This document shows positions 10,101 to 38,374 of a DNA stretch of 64,000 nt, piece by piece. Position 1 is the first letter of the stretch. Every line of letters starts with the position of its first letter. Both the position numbers and the translations under genes were made by a program. Location: the NCBI GenBank assembly GCA_002269645.1, contig NIVC01001539.1, positions 1 to 64,000 of the forward strand, written 5' to 3'. The stretch is from Macrostomum lignano. Lineage: Eukaryota. The notes under the pieces were generated by a model. The model was given only the letters and a program-made list of their open reading frames with translations. It made no database searches and was not told the origin of the DNA.

Positions 10101-11584
10101 AGTGTATTCGTTGCAAGTTAAGTAGAGTTTGCTTTGGTTAGTACTTGCCAAAGTTACGGTGGAAGCTGCGATCTCAAATAATCTTATCAGGGGGGGGGGG
10201 TGCGTAGCCCAGTGGTCTGGCGCGGCGCTCTGATGTGCCAGCGGCCCAGGCTCGATTCCCAGTGCAGTCACATTAACTTTGGGGCTGAATTGGAATCTCG
10301 GCTTGGCTCTGCTCGTGCAATTAACGGCCTTAAGGGCCAACCCCCCAAGGCGCAGTGAAGTGTACATGCCTAACGATAAATAAAGTTAGGGCCGCTGTAC
10401 ACTCCTGTGTGAGTGTGTGCTTGTGCTTTTGACTGTGTACATATCCGCGCTTTTGTGCCTGCTCGTTCACACAGTGTGTACAGTGACTCTGACTTTCGAA
10501 TCTTCAGGCATGTACAGTCTCTCCGTGCCTTGAACCAGGGATCTTGACGCGTTTCCTTCCGAACTGCTGTGCTGCAGACTCTGATTTACAAAAAAAAATT
10601 GACAGACAGATCTGGGCACTCACGTCAGTGTCACGGGGTTGCTTTGGTCCATGCCGAAGTTGCTTTTTGCTACGCACGAGTACTCGCCGCTGTCGTCCGG
10701 GTAGGTGTGCGTGATGTGCAGCAGCACGAAGCCTCGCTCGAAAGTTGTGTTAAAACGGGAGCCTTATGAAGGGCGGCGAGATTTTACTGCAGATGGACCA
10801 TTGTTGCTTGGAGTCAGTCGCACACAACACATTTAATCAACATTGACTTGCTGAAGACCTTGCCACAATAGAAGCGTTCTAATTCTCAAACCTGGCTCTA
10901 CCCAGACCATGCTCTGTCCTCTGGTCGGGTCTATGCTCTACCCAGACCATGCTCCACCCTCTGGTCCGGTCCATGCCCTACCCTCCGGTCCAGTCCATGC
11001 CCTACCCTCCGGTGCAGTCCATGCTCTACCCTCTGGTCCAGTCCATGCTCTACCCTCTGGTCCAGTCCATGCCCTACCCTCCGGTCCAGTCCATGCCCTA
11101 CCCTCCGGTCCAGTCCATGCCCTACCCTCTGGTCCAGTCCATGCCCTACCCTCCGGTCCAGTCCATGCCCTACCCTCCGGTCCAGTCCATGCTCTACCCT
11201 CCGGTGCAGTCCATGCTCTACCCTCTGGTCCAGTCCATGCCCTACCCTCCGGTCCAGTCCATGCCCTACCCTCCGGTCCAGTCCATGCCCTACCCTCCGG
11301 TCCAGTCCATGCCCTACCCTCTGGCCGATCATACCTGCATTCAGTGGGCGGCCATCCTTGAACCACTCGGTTGCCAAGGAGCTGTCATTGAGCGGCAGCA
11401 GCCGACACTCCAGGTGCACCGAGCGGCCCTCGGCCACGCTTAGCACCGGCTTGGGGTGCTTGACGAACCTGGGCGGCTCACCCGGCCGGGTCAACGACGC
11501 TCGCCGGATCCCCACGGAGGAGTCGCCATCGTCGCTGATAAATTCGCGCGACAGGCCGCCGTCGACGATGGCAGCGGCCGACAT
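1728..11584 (-). CDS. Kettin/titin-like protein: five Ig domains plus long Gln/Pro-rich tail (10 exons, 1564 aa)
   Basis: Exons 11584-11335, 10762-10624, 10030-9617, 9531-9427, 9094-8548, 8208-7907, 7138-6925, 6561-6375, 5001-4888, 4150-1728. All junction phases match; total 4695 nt. Ig I-set motifs (WFKDG, DSGEYSC, DNGFYHC, DSGDYCA, DSGLYWA) and kettin-type linkers (GVVT..QLP..I/L..LE). AATAAA lies downstream. Confidence 0.85.
4181..4790. repeat. 21-nt minisatellite (CATAATCATCATGGACACACT), kettin-like intron 9
   Basis: Direct reading. Confidence 0.95.
4888..5001 (-). CDS. Kettin-like exon 9
   Basis: EANFSRLAELRKVAISQELQQKISRPMGAADNLRKVER; symmetric phase-1 exon, 114 nt. Confidence 0.75.
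5431..5767. mobile_element. hAT-like MITE (321 bp)
   Basis: Perfect 16-bp TIR CATGGATGAAGGAATA (5439-5454 and 5744-5759), flanked by near-identical 8-mers CTCGTACC / CTCATACC (probable TSD). Confidence 0.6.
6375..6561 (-). CDS. Kettin-like exon 8 (Ig5 C-half)
   Basis: TANYVVHKDG...VLAANPLG...DFRPDLKHIEP; the in-phase donor is GC (CAG|GCGAGA). Confidence 0.8.
6925..7138 (-). CDS. Kettin-like exon 7 (Ig5 N-half)
   Basis: APYFDILPESCTVGEGDPVKVLVKLSGNPRPVVTW. Confidence 0.88.
7526..7826. repeat. 27-nt G-rich minisatellite, kettin-like intron 6
   Basis: Unit GTGGCTAGGCAGGGGAGTGAGGTGGGT. Confidence 0.95.
7907..8208 (-). CDS. Kettin-like exon 6 (Ig4 + linker)
   Basis: VEPSSDSDLSVEWIKDG...EDSGLYWAVVSNRGG...GVVTRTQLP; donor GTAAGT. 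Confidence 0.88.
8298..8423 (+). repeat. Interstitial telomere-like (TTAGGG)n, degenerate
   Basis: About 20 TTAGGG / CTAGGG / TAGGG units. Confidence 0.9.
8548..9094 (-). CDS. Kettin-like exon 5 (Ig3, linker, start of Ig4)
   Basis: PPRFLSDP...VAWFKDG...EDSGDYCAVA...GGVVTTSQLP. Confidence 0.88.
9427..9531 (-). CDS. Kettin-like exon 4 (linker)
   Basis: CSASAGVVTASALPESSVMNIQRLEEY; TTTCAG and GTAAGC boundaries; 105 nt. Confidence 0.85.
9617..10030 (-). CDS. Kettin-like exon 3 (linker + Ig2)
   Basis: GVVTRTQLP...EWFKNG...EDNGFYHCEAANKHG. Confidence 0.9.
10199..10480 (+). mobile_element. tRNA-derived SINE-like element
   Basis: A box TAGCCCAGTGG, B box GGCTCGATTCC; body contains GCCAACCCCC and TGTACACTCCTGTGTGAG. 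Confidence 0.6.
10624..10762 (-). CDS. Kettin-like exon 2 (Ig1 C-half)
   Basis: GSRFNTTFERGFVLLHITHTYPDDSGEYSCVAKSNFG; AG and GTGAGT boundaries; absent from ORF track. Confidence 0.9.
10895..11325. repeat. 24-nt minisatellite, kettin-like intron 1
   Basis: Unit CCAGTCCATGCCCTACCCTCCGGT. Confidence 0.95.
11335..11584 (-). CDS. Kettin-like exon 1 (probable ATG; Ig1 N-half)
   Basis: MSAAAIV...PPRFVKHPKP...EWFKDGRPLNA; donor G|GTATGA. Confidence 0.8.
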
Positions 11585-12246
11585 GCCCGAATCGGAGGAA
11601 AAGAAGCGGAAAGTTCAAAGAAAAAATTAGGGGGGGGGAGAAGTTAACTGCGTGAAAATTGTGAAAAATCTCGATGGGAGGAGCAGCCGAGTTTCTCCAC
11701 ACGAAGTTGGACGTCTTTTCCTGCGACTTCCGCTCTGCTGCCTACCAGACTTCCTACCCCAGCTGCTTATCTCCCGCCAGAAATCCCTTTAAAATTCTAG
11801 CCGAAATTCTCTCCCCCCCAAGCCGTCCAGATCGGCGCTGGCGAGGAGGGTAGGACGTTGTTGCGCTCGCAAAATTATCCCCTCGACGCACGCGCACGGG
11901 AATCGATCAATCCCAACGCCAGGTAAAGGGCAAGGGGGTGAGGTCTCGGGGAGTCGGAAGGTCGGAATCTGCAGACTGGCCGGCCGACCGTCAACTGAAT
12001 AGCAGGAATAGCCAGCATCGATTCTGTTCTGTTGCAGAAACTATATAAGAAATTTTCCCTGCTTTGCCTGACGTGTTTGGCTTGCAGTCGACAACAAAGC
12101 CGCCCCCCAACCACTACTTGCGGAGAGGCGATGAACACAGGGCTAACCTTTCGCGAACGGTGCTGGGCCTTCAACCCGGGTGTACAAATGAAAATGGTTA
12201 ATCGACGATTTTCATGGACCCCTGGTGGGGACGTCTGAACTGGAAC

Positions 12247-12905
12247 TCAAGGACTCCCTGGCCTTCCGTCCCAGATTGATTCTCAAGGACTCCCTGGCCT
12301 TCCGTCCCAGATTGATTCTCAAGGACTCCCTGGCCTTCCGTCCCAGATTGATTCTCAAGGACTCCCTGGCCTTCCGTCCCAGATTGAGTGTCAAGGACTC
12401 CCTGGCCTTCCGTCCCAGATTGAGTCTCAAGGACTCCCTGGCCTTCCGCTCCAGACTCAGTCTCAAGGAGTCATTGGCCTTCCGTTCCAGATTAAGTCTC
12501 AAAGGACTCCCTGGCCTTCCGTCCCAGATTGAGTCTCAAGTACTCTCTGGCCTTTCGTTCCATATTGAGTCTCAAGTACTCTCTGGCCTTTCGTTCCATA
12601 TTGAGTCTCAAGGACTCTCTGGCCTTTCGTTCCATATTGATCCTCAAGGACTCCCTGGCCTTCCGTCCCAGATTGAGTCTCAAGGACTCCCTGGCCTTCC
12701 GCTCCAGACTCAGTCTCAAGGAGTCATTGGCCTTCCGTCCCAGATTGAGTCTCAAGGACTCCCTGGCCTTCCGCTCCAGACTCTGTCTCAAGGACTCCCT
12801 GGCCTTCCGTCCCAGATTGAGTCTCAAGGACTCCCTGGCCTTCCGCTCCAGACTCAGTCTCAAGGAGTCATTGGCCTTCCGTTCCAGATTGAGTTTCAAG
12901 GACTC
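12247..12905. repeat. 36-nt minisatellite
   Basis: Unit CTCAAGGACTCCCTGGCCTTCCGTCCCAGATTGAGT. Confidence 0.95.
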
Positions 12906-13349
12906 CCTTGCATCTCGGGTCCCATGTGCCTGCTCGGAAAAAAGTACCAATCGAGTACATGGAGCACTTTTTCTCTTTGTAGCCGCAGTCAGCTTCATTT
13001 ACTGGGTGATAATTGCCTGCCCGTCCGTATGCTCCAGTGTCCATGGGATCTCGGATTAATCCCATCGGAGGCCGAGCCTTGCTCAACCGAGAGAAATTCC
13101 TATTTCAATTGGCGGGGGGGAGTGAAGCGAAAGAAGCTGAGCTAGGCTTGTGTGCAGGAAATCTGATTTGGCAACTCGAATTAGTGAGGCGCTCACTGAC
13201 TCCAAGCACGCTGGGTACGGCTTCATCTGACCTCAGCTTGCACTGGCTTATCGCTGGCCCTGCAGGCACTGCTGTATTGCTGCGAGCACTTTCCTCACAA
13301 GTACGAGTACTAGGCTGAGAATTGCTGCCCACGAAGTGCTGGCCCGATG

Positions 13350-13700
13350 ACTCTCTCACCCTGTCTCACTCTCTCACCCTGTCTCACTCTCTCACCCTGT
13401 CTCACTCTCTCACCCTGTCTCACTCTCTAACCCTGTCTCACTCTCTAACCCTGTCTCACTCTCTAACCCTGTCTCACTCTCTCACCCTGTCTCACTCTCT
13501 TATTCTGTCTCACTGTCTCACTGTGTCTCACTCTCTCACCCTGTCTCACTCTCTCACCCTGTCTCACTCTCTAACCCTGTCTCACTCTCTAACCCTGTCT
13601 CACTCTCTCACCCTGTCTCACTCTCTTATTCTGTCTCACTGTCTCACTGTGTCTCACTCTCTCACCCTGTCTCACTGTCTCACTCTCACCGTCTCCCACT
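13350..13700. repeat. 18-nt minisatellite
   Basis: Unit CTCTCTCACCCTGTCTCA. Confidence 0.95.
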
Positions 13701-14341
13701 CTCCGTCATCGTTATTCACTCATCTCACTCATCGTCACACTTCGCTATCACACAGTTCCCACCCCATGATTCACTAAGATGTAATTAGGCAGACAGAATC
13801 TGCCTCAAGAACTCCCTTTTCCTCCATCTAATTAGAGGCACAGCCTACAAATTACCCTTGGCAACCAATTTTTTAGGCGAGAAGTGCATGAAGCGGAACC
13901 GAACTCAAAAGAAACGCAAGCTGTCAGCTGCAGGGCCACTTCGCTTCCCCAAGGGAAATCCAGATCTCCTCCTGACGGAGAAGCCCCAGCTCCAGCCCCT
14001 CTTCTCTACGACTCGTAGTTGCAAAAAAGTGCAAAGTCAAAAAATGTAAGTACGACCCAGCATAGTTATCAATTATAAATCAATGTGGAAGTTGGGCGGA
14101 AGGATTTTTTTTTCTTCCTTGCACGCTGGCTAACTGCTGCTGGGAGTGACCGTTTATCTCCTGGCTGACTTCCTTATCGTCCATCATTCCGCATAGATAC
14201 ATGCATTTACTGTAACAAATGTTCAGTAAATATTTTATGAGAAATTTACTGATTTTACATTTTATAATTGGAAAAACGGTCGTTCGGCTCAGGACAATGA
14301 GGGGGACAGCTGCTGAGCTCCTTATGCAGTGAAACAAGGAA

Positions 14342-15322
14342 CTCTCTTCTCTCCTCTCTTCTCTCGTCTCTTCTCCCCTCTCTTCTCTCTCTTCTCTCCT
14401 CTCTTCTCACTTCTCTCCTCTCTTCTCTCCTCTCTTTTCCCCTCTCTTCTCTCTCTTCTCTCCTCTCTCCTCCTCTCTTCTCTCGTCTCTTCTCCAATCT
14501 CTTCTCTCTTCTCTCCTCTCTCCTCCTCTCTTCTCTCGTCTCTTCTCCCCTCTCTTCTCTCTCTTCTCTCCTCTCTTCTCACTTCTCTCCTCTCTTCTCA
14601 CTTCTCTCCTCTCTTCTCACTTCTCTCCTCTCTTCTCTCCTCTCTTTTCCCCTCTCTTCTCTCTCTATTCTCTCCTCTCTCCTCCTCTCTTCTCTCGTCT
14701 CTTCTCCCCTCTCTTCTCTCTCTTCTCTCCTCTCTTCTCACTTCTCTCCTCTCTTCTCACTTCTCTCCTCTCTTCTCTCCTCTCTTTTCCCCTCTCTTCT
14801 CTCTCTTCTCTCCTCTCTCCTCCTCTCTTCTCTCGTCTCTTCTCCCCTCTCTTCTCTCTCTTCTCTCTTCTCTCCTCTCTCCTCTCCTCTCTTCTCTCTT
14901 CCCTCCTCTCTTCTCTCCTCTCTTCGCCCCTCTCTTCTCTCTCTTCTCTCCTCTCTTCTCACTTCTCTCCTCTCTTCTCTCCTCTCTTTTCCCCTCTCTT
15001 CTCTCTCTTCTCTCCTCTCTCCTCCTCTCTTCTCTCGTCTCTTCTCCCCTCTCTTCTCTCTCTTCTCTCCTCTCTCCTCCTCTCTTCTCTCGTCTCTTCT
15101 CCCCTCTCTTCTCTCTCTTCTCTCTTCTCTCGTCTCTCGTCTCTTCTCTCTTCTCCCCTCTCCCCTCTCTTCTCTCCTCTGTTCTCTCTTCTCTTCTCTC
15201 CTCTCTTCTCTCGTCTCTTCTCTCCTCTCTTCTCTCTTCTCTTCTCTCGTATCTACTCTCTTCTCTACTCTCTTCTCTTCTGTCCTGTCTTTTCTCTCCT
15301 CTGCTCTCCTCTCCTCTCCTCT
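14342..15322. repeat. ~980-bp polypyrimidine (CT-rich) tract
   Basis: Almost only C and T on the plus strand. Confidence 0.95.
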
Positions 15323-16128
15323 CTTTCACAACAATGTCACTTTGTACCCAGCGCAGTTCGCACTCTCGTATCAAAACTCTGCGGCAATACTGGTAGAAGA
15401 CCCCCCTCTGTCCTCTACCAGCCCTTGCGTATGCCAATCCCACTCGACCTTCCTTCACGCGTGTTCTCACAAAGAAATTTTACAGGTACGAACTGAGATA
15501 ACAGGTGCGCATTGTCGACTGTTAAGTTTACAACTTGTTGTTTTGCAACCTGCGCGAGAGTTCAGCCAGTCTATCACCGGCCCCTGCACTCCCCAGCCAG
15601 TCCCGCACCAGGGCAATGTTGAAAAAGTCAGTCTGACTCAGTCAGTCAGTCAGGTTAGCAAACCGCTTCCCTTCCCTATCAGTGTCGCTTTGTCATTTGC
15701 TTATTTCTGCTACAGCTGTTGTACTGAGAATATCGAGGGAGAGAGGGAGAGGGAGAGAGGGAGAGAGGGAGATGGGAGGTGGTAGGTGCCAACCCCCACC
15801 CGCGTAGATCTCTGCTTTATACACAAGCGCAACCAGCGGCCCCTGGGGGCGAGAGGGAGGGGGCCAGCCAGTGTGCATTCGTGTCAACCGCACCCCTGCA
15901 CCCCCCCCCCCCCCCCCCGGCTTTTGGCGGCAGTTGGCTGACTGAAAAAAGCTGGAAATGAGAGAGAGAGGAGAGGCAGGCATAGAAATTAGTCTTCGCA
16001 GCCCTGCAGTGCATATATATAGTACATTTTTTCTGTTCCTTTACGGGCAAAGCGAAAAGCCAGGGGCCAGAATTTACTGAATTTTGCTGTTAATAGTCGT
16101 GTCTTCTTCTAGAAGTTGGAAATCAAGA

Positions 16129-33287
<17,159 letters not shown>

Positions 33288-33837
33288 TGGCTTCTGAACA
33301 AATTAAATAAATTATTCATATTTTAATTTTTTAATTTATCCATATAAAAGAATTGACAAATAAAATAGAACTCCGTTAAGAAATTTTAATTTTAACTAAA
33401 ATGGTTTTATAATTTAACTTTAGTGCGCGTTTCGAATAGGTTCTTTAAATTTTGTTGTATTCTATCTAGTGACACTGAGTTAGCAGTGTTGTAATGCTAG
33501 GGTTGAAAGCAATTTTTAGATTTGTAATTTGTAGTCAATTCATAACTTCTTCATATTTTGTTACTCAATATTCAACTTTTACGCATTCATTCCCAGTTAT
33601 TTGAATTTGAATTTTTGTTGAACCAAAAATAAGGGGGGACCCTTGAAAAAGTCAAACCAGATTAATAAAAAATTTGATATGGTTTTTGAGTCACTGTCTG
33701 CCCCATCCCATGCCTTCATCATTAAAGATTACTTTAATTGGAATTTGTTTTATCGCAATAAATATGCTGTCAATAAATATAAGCACTGCAACTTAATAAG
33801 TACTTTGAATTGGTGTAACTGAAGTATTTATAGTTTC

Positions 33838-34800
33838 AGGGGAATTTCTGTCTTGCTGTACGGGGAATCCATATTCTTGCTGAAAAGTGAATTTCTCTCT
33901 TGCTGAAAAGGGGAATTTCTCTCTTGCTAAAACTGGGAATTTCTCTCTTGCTGAAAAGGGGAATTTCTCTCTTGCTGAAAAGGGGAATTTCTCCTTTACA
34001 AAAACGGGGAGTTTCTCTATTGCTGAAGAAAATAAGCTCTCTCTGGTTGAAAAGGGGAATTCCTCTCTTTCTGACACAGAAAATTTCTCTCTGGATGAAG
34101 AGGGGAATTTCTCTCTTACTGAAAAGGGGAATTTTCCTCTGGTTGAAAAGGGGGATTTCTCTCTGGTTGAAGAGGGCAATTTCTCTCTTGCTGAAGAAGG
34201 GAATTTCTCTCTGGCTGAAAAGGGGAATTTCTCCTTTACAAAAACGGGGAGTTTCTCTATTGCTGAAGAAAATAAGCTCTCTCTGGTTGAAAAGGGGAAT
34301 TCCTCTCTTTCTGACACAGAAAATTTCTCTCTGGATGAAAGGGGGATTTCTCTCTGGCTGAAAAGGGGTATTTCTCTCTGGTTGAAGAGGGGAATTTCTC
34401 TCTGGCTGAAAAGGGGGATTTCTCTCTGGCTGAAAAGGGGTATTTCTCTCTGGCTGAAAAGGGGAATTTCTCTCTGGCTGAAAAGGGGTATTTCTCTCTG
34501 GCTGAAAAGGGGGATTTCTCTCTGGCTGAAAAGGGGGATTTCTCTCTGGCTGAAAAGGGGTATTTCTCTCTGGCTGAAAAGGGGGATTTCTCTCTGGCTG
34601 AAAAGGGGTATTTCTCTCTGGCTGAAAAGGGGAATTTATCTCTGGCTGAAAAGGGGTATTTCTCTCTGGCTGAAAAGGGGAATTTCTCTCTGGCTGAAGA
34701 AGGGAATTTCTCTCTTGCTGAAGAGGGAAATTTCTCTCTATTTGAAGGAATTTTCTCACTGGATGAATGGAATTTCTAGATTGATTAAAAAAGGAATTTC
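33838..34800. repeat. 24-nt minisatellite with 240-bp internal duplication
   Basis: Unit TGCTGAAAAGGGGAATTTCTCTCT; block at 33961 recurs at 34201. Confidence 0.9.
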
Positions 34801-35261
34801 GAACTAAAATGGGAAATATTTAGCTTACCCGACGTGAGAAAAAGGTTCCAGAGAGAAGCTGCATCTCTCGGAGCGCCTGGAAACGGACTGTCTGCGGTGT
34901 CTGTGGACTCAGCGGCAGGCATTTGAAAACAGCAGCTGCCGGTTGCATTGACACTTCGCGAGACAGGCTTCGTCTGCAAATTTGAATTCGTGCCAATTCT
35001 TGACAAAAATTTGTTGACAAAGCAATTCCCGATTCAGTTTGTCGTTTGAATATCCAAATTTAGCTGCAAAGCACCGATGGCTTGTCGAGTTTGCGGATGT
35101 CCCAATCCGTGAAATGATTGATGGAAACAGGCAGGTGGGTGGGAAACTTCCGCTGGCTCAAACTGTTTTCTTTCAGAATCTTTGTTTACCTTTGAGAATT
35201 GCGAAATTCTATTTTTAGATTACTGCTTCAAATTTGCCTCACTGATCTCACTTATCCACCT

Positions 35262-38200
35262 CTGATCTCTAATCTCTCTGATCTCTCTCTGATCTCTCTC
35301 TGATCTCTCTCTGATCTCTAATCTCTCTCTAATCTTTCTCTGATCTCTCTCTGATCTCTCTCTGATCTCTCTCTGATCTCTCTCTGATCTCTCTCTGATC
35401 TCTCTCTGATCTCTAATCTCTCTCTAATCTTTCTCTGATCTCTCTCTGATCTCTCTCTGATCTCTCTCTGATCTCTCTCTGATCTCTCTCTAATCTCTCT
35501 CTGATCTCTCTCTGATCTCGCTCTAATCTCTCTCTGATCTCTGATCTCTCTCTGATCTCTCTCTGATCTCTCTCTGATCTCTCTCTGATCTCTCTCTGAT
35601 ATCTCTCTGATCTCTCTCTGATATCTCCCTGATCTCTCTCTGATCTCTCTCTCTGATCTCTTTCTGATCCCTCTCTGATCTCTCTCTGATCTCTCTCTCT
35701 CTCTCTCTCTGATCTCTCTCTGATCTCTCTCTGATCTCTCTCTGATCTCTTTCTGATCCCTCTCTGATCTCTCTCTGATCTCTCTCTGATCTCTCTCTCT
35801 CTGATCTCTCTCTGATCCCTCTCTGATCTCTCTGATCTCTCTCTGATCTCTCTCTGATCTCTCTCTGATCTCTCTCTGATCTCTCTCTGATCTCTCTCTG
35901 ATCTCTCTCTGATCTCTCTCTGATCTCTCTCGGATCTCTCTCTGGTCTCTCTCTGATCTCTCTCTGATCTCTCTCTGATCCCTCTCTGAACTCTCTGATC
36001 TCTCTCTGATCTCTCTCTGATCTCTCTCTCTGATCTCTCTCTGATCTCTCTCTGATCCCTCTCTGATCTCTCTGATCTCTCTCTGATCTCTCTTTGATCT
36101 CTCTCTGATCTCTCTCTGATCTCTCTCTGATCTCTCTCTGATCTCTCTCTGATCCCTCTCTGATCTCTCTCTGATCTCTCTCTGATCTCTCTCTGATCCC
36201 TCTCTGATCTCTCTGATCTCTCTCTGATCTCTCTCTGATCTCTCTCTGATCTCTCTCTGATCTCTCTCTCTGATCTCTCCCTGATGTCTCTCTGATCTCT
36301 CTCGGATCTCTCTCTGATCTCTAATCTCTAATCTCTCTCTAATCTCTCTCTGATCTTTCTCTAATCTCTCTCTGGTCTCTCTCTGATCTCTCTCTGATCT
36401 CTCTCTGATCTCTCTCTGATCTCTCTCTGATCTCTCTCTGATGTCTCTCTGATCCCTCTCTGATCTCTCTGATCTCTCTCTGATCTCTCTCTGATCTCTC
36501 TCTGATCTCTCTCTGATCTCTCTCTCTGATCTCTCCCTGATGTCTCTCTGATCTCTCTCGGATCTCTCTCTGATCTCTAATCTCTAATCTCTCTCTGATC
36601 TCTAATCTCTAATCTCTCTCTAATCTCTCTCTGATCTCTCTCTGATCTCTCTCTGATCTCTCTCTGATCTCTCTCTGATCTCTCTCTGATCTCTCTCTGA
36701 TCCCTCTCTGATCTCTCTGATCTCTCTCTGATCTCTCTCTGATCTCTCTCTGATCTCTCTCTGATCTCTCTCTCTGATCTCTCCCTGATGTCTCTCTGAT
36801 CTCTCTCGGATCTCTCTCTCTCTGATCTCTCCCTGATGTCTCTCTGATCTCTCTCGGATCTCTCTGATCTCTCTCTGATCTCTCTCTGATCTCTCTCTGA
36901 TCTCTCTCTGATCTCTCTCTAATCTCTCTCTGATCTCTCTCTGAACTTTCTCTAATCTCTCTCTGGTCTCTCTCTGATCTCTCTCTGATCTCTCTCTGAT
37001 CTGTCTCTGATCTCTCTCTGATCTCTCTCTGATCTCTCTCTGATCTCTCTCTGATCTCTCTCTGATCTCTCTCTGATCTCTCTCTGATCCCTCTCTGATC
37101 TCTCTGATCTCTCTGATCTCTCTCTCTGATCTCTCTGATCTCTCTCTGATCTCTCTCTGATCTCTCTCTGATCTCTAATCTCTCTCTAATCTTTCTCTGA
37201 TCTCTCTCTGATCTCTCTCTGATCTCTCTCTGATCTCTCTCTGATCTCTCTCTGATCTCTCTCTGATCTCTCTCTGATCTCTAATCTCTCTCTAATCTTT
37301 CTCTGATCTCTCTCTGATCTCTCTCTGATCTCTCTCTGATCTCTCTCTGATCTCTCTCTAATCTCTCTCTGATCTCTCTCTGATCTCGCTCTAATCTCTC
37401 TCTGATCTCTGATCTCTCTCTGATCTCTCTCTGATCTCTCTCTGATCTCTCTCTGATCTCTCTCTGATATCTCTCTGATCTCTCTCTGATCTCTCTCTGA
37501 TCTCTCTCTGATCTCTCTCTCTGATCTCTCTCTGATCTCTCTCTAATCTCTCTCTGATCTCTCTCTCTCTCTCTCTCTGATCTCTCTCTGATCTCTCTCT
37601 GATGTCTCTCTGATCTCTCTCGGATCTCTCTCTGATCTCTAATCTCTAATCTCTCTCTAATCTCTCTCTGATCTTTCTCTAATCTCTCTCTGGTCTCTCT
37701 CTGATCTCTCTCTGATCTCTCTCTGATCTCTCTCTGATCTCTCTCTCTGATCTCTCCCTGATGTCTCTCTGATCTCTCTCGGATCTCTCTCTGATCTCTA
37801 ATCTCTAATCTCTTTCTAATCTCTCTCTGATCTTTCTCTAATCTCTCTCTGGTCTCTCTCTGATCTCTCTCTGATCTCTCTCGGATCTCTCTCTGATCTC
37901 TCTCTGATCCCTCTCTGATCTCTCTGATCTCTCTCTCTGATCTCTCTCTGATCTCTCTGATCTCTCTCTGATCTCTCTCTGATCTCTCTCTGATCTCTCT
38001 CTGATCTCTCTCTGATCTCTCTGATCTCTCTCTCTCTGATCTCTCTCTGATCTCTCTCTGATCTCTCTCTGATCTCTCTCTGATCTCTCTCTGATCTCTC
38101 TCTAATCTCTCTCTAATCTCTCTCTGATCTTTCTCTAATCTCTCTCTGGTCTCTCTCTGATCTTTCTCTAATCTCTCTCTGGTCTCTCTCTGATCTCTCT

Positions 38201-38278
38201 CTGATCTCTCTCTGATCTCTCTCTGATCTCTTTCTGATCTCTCTCTGATCTCTCTCTGATCTCTCTCTGATCTCTCCT
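35262..38278. repeat. 3-kb 11-nt satellite (GATCTCTCTCT)n
   Basis: Direct reading. Confidence 0.97.
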
Positions 38279-38360
38279 AAATGTTCTTGTCTCAAGTCCC
38301 ATAGCTTTTATGTTCTCCTACTAAAGTTTTGTTCTATCGCTCCCAGCCACATCGCTTCTG

Positions 38361-38374
38361 ATTTCCATGGCAAC
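38361..38374. promoter_or_regulatory. RFX X-box-like motif
   Basis: ATTTCCATGGCAAC, close to the X-box palindrome GTTGCCATGGCAAC, in a unique island between two arrays. Confidence 0.3.

Noticed and set aside
10931-11334. RVGHGLDR repeat extension of kettin-like exon 1
   Set aside because: Lies after a canonical donor whose phase matches exon 2; intronic array.
15515-15620. Minus-strand stretch TDFFNIALVRDWLGSAGAGDRLAELSRRLQNNKL*
   Set aside because: No recognisable domain and no in-phase partner exon found.
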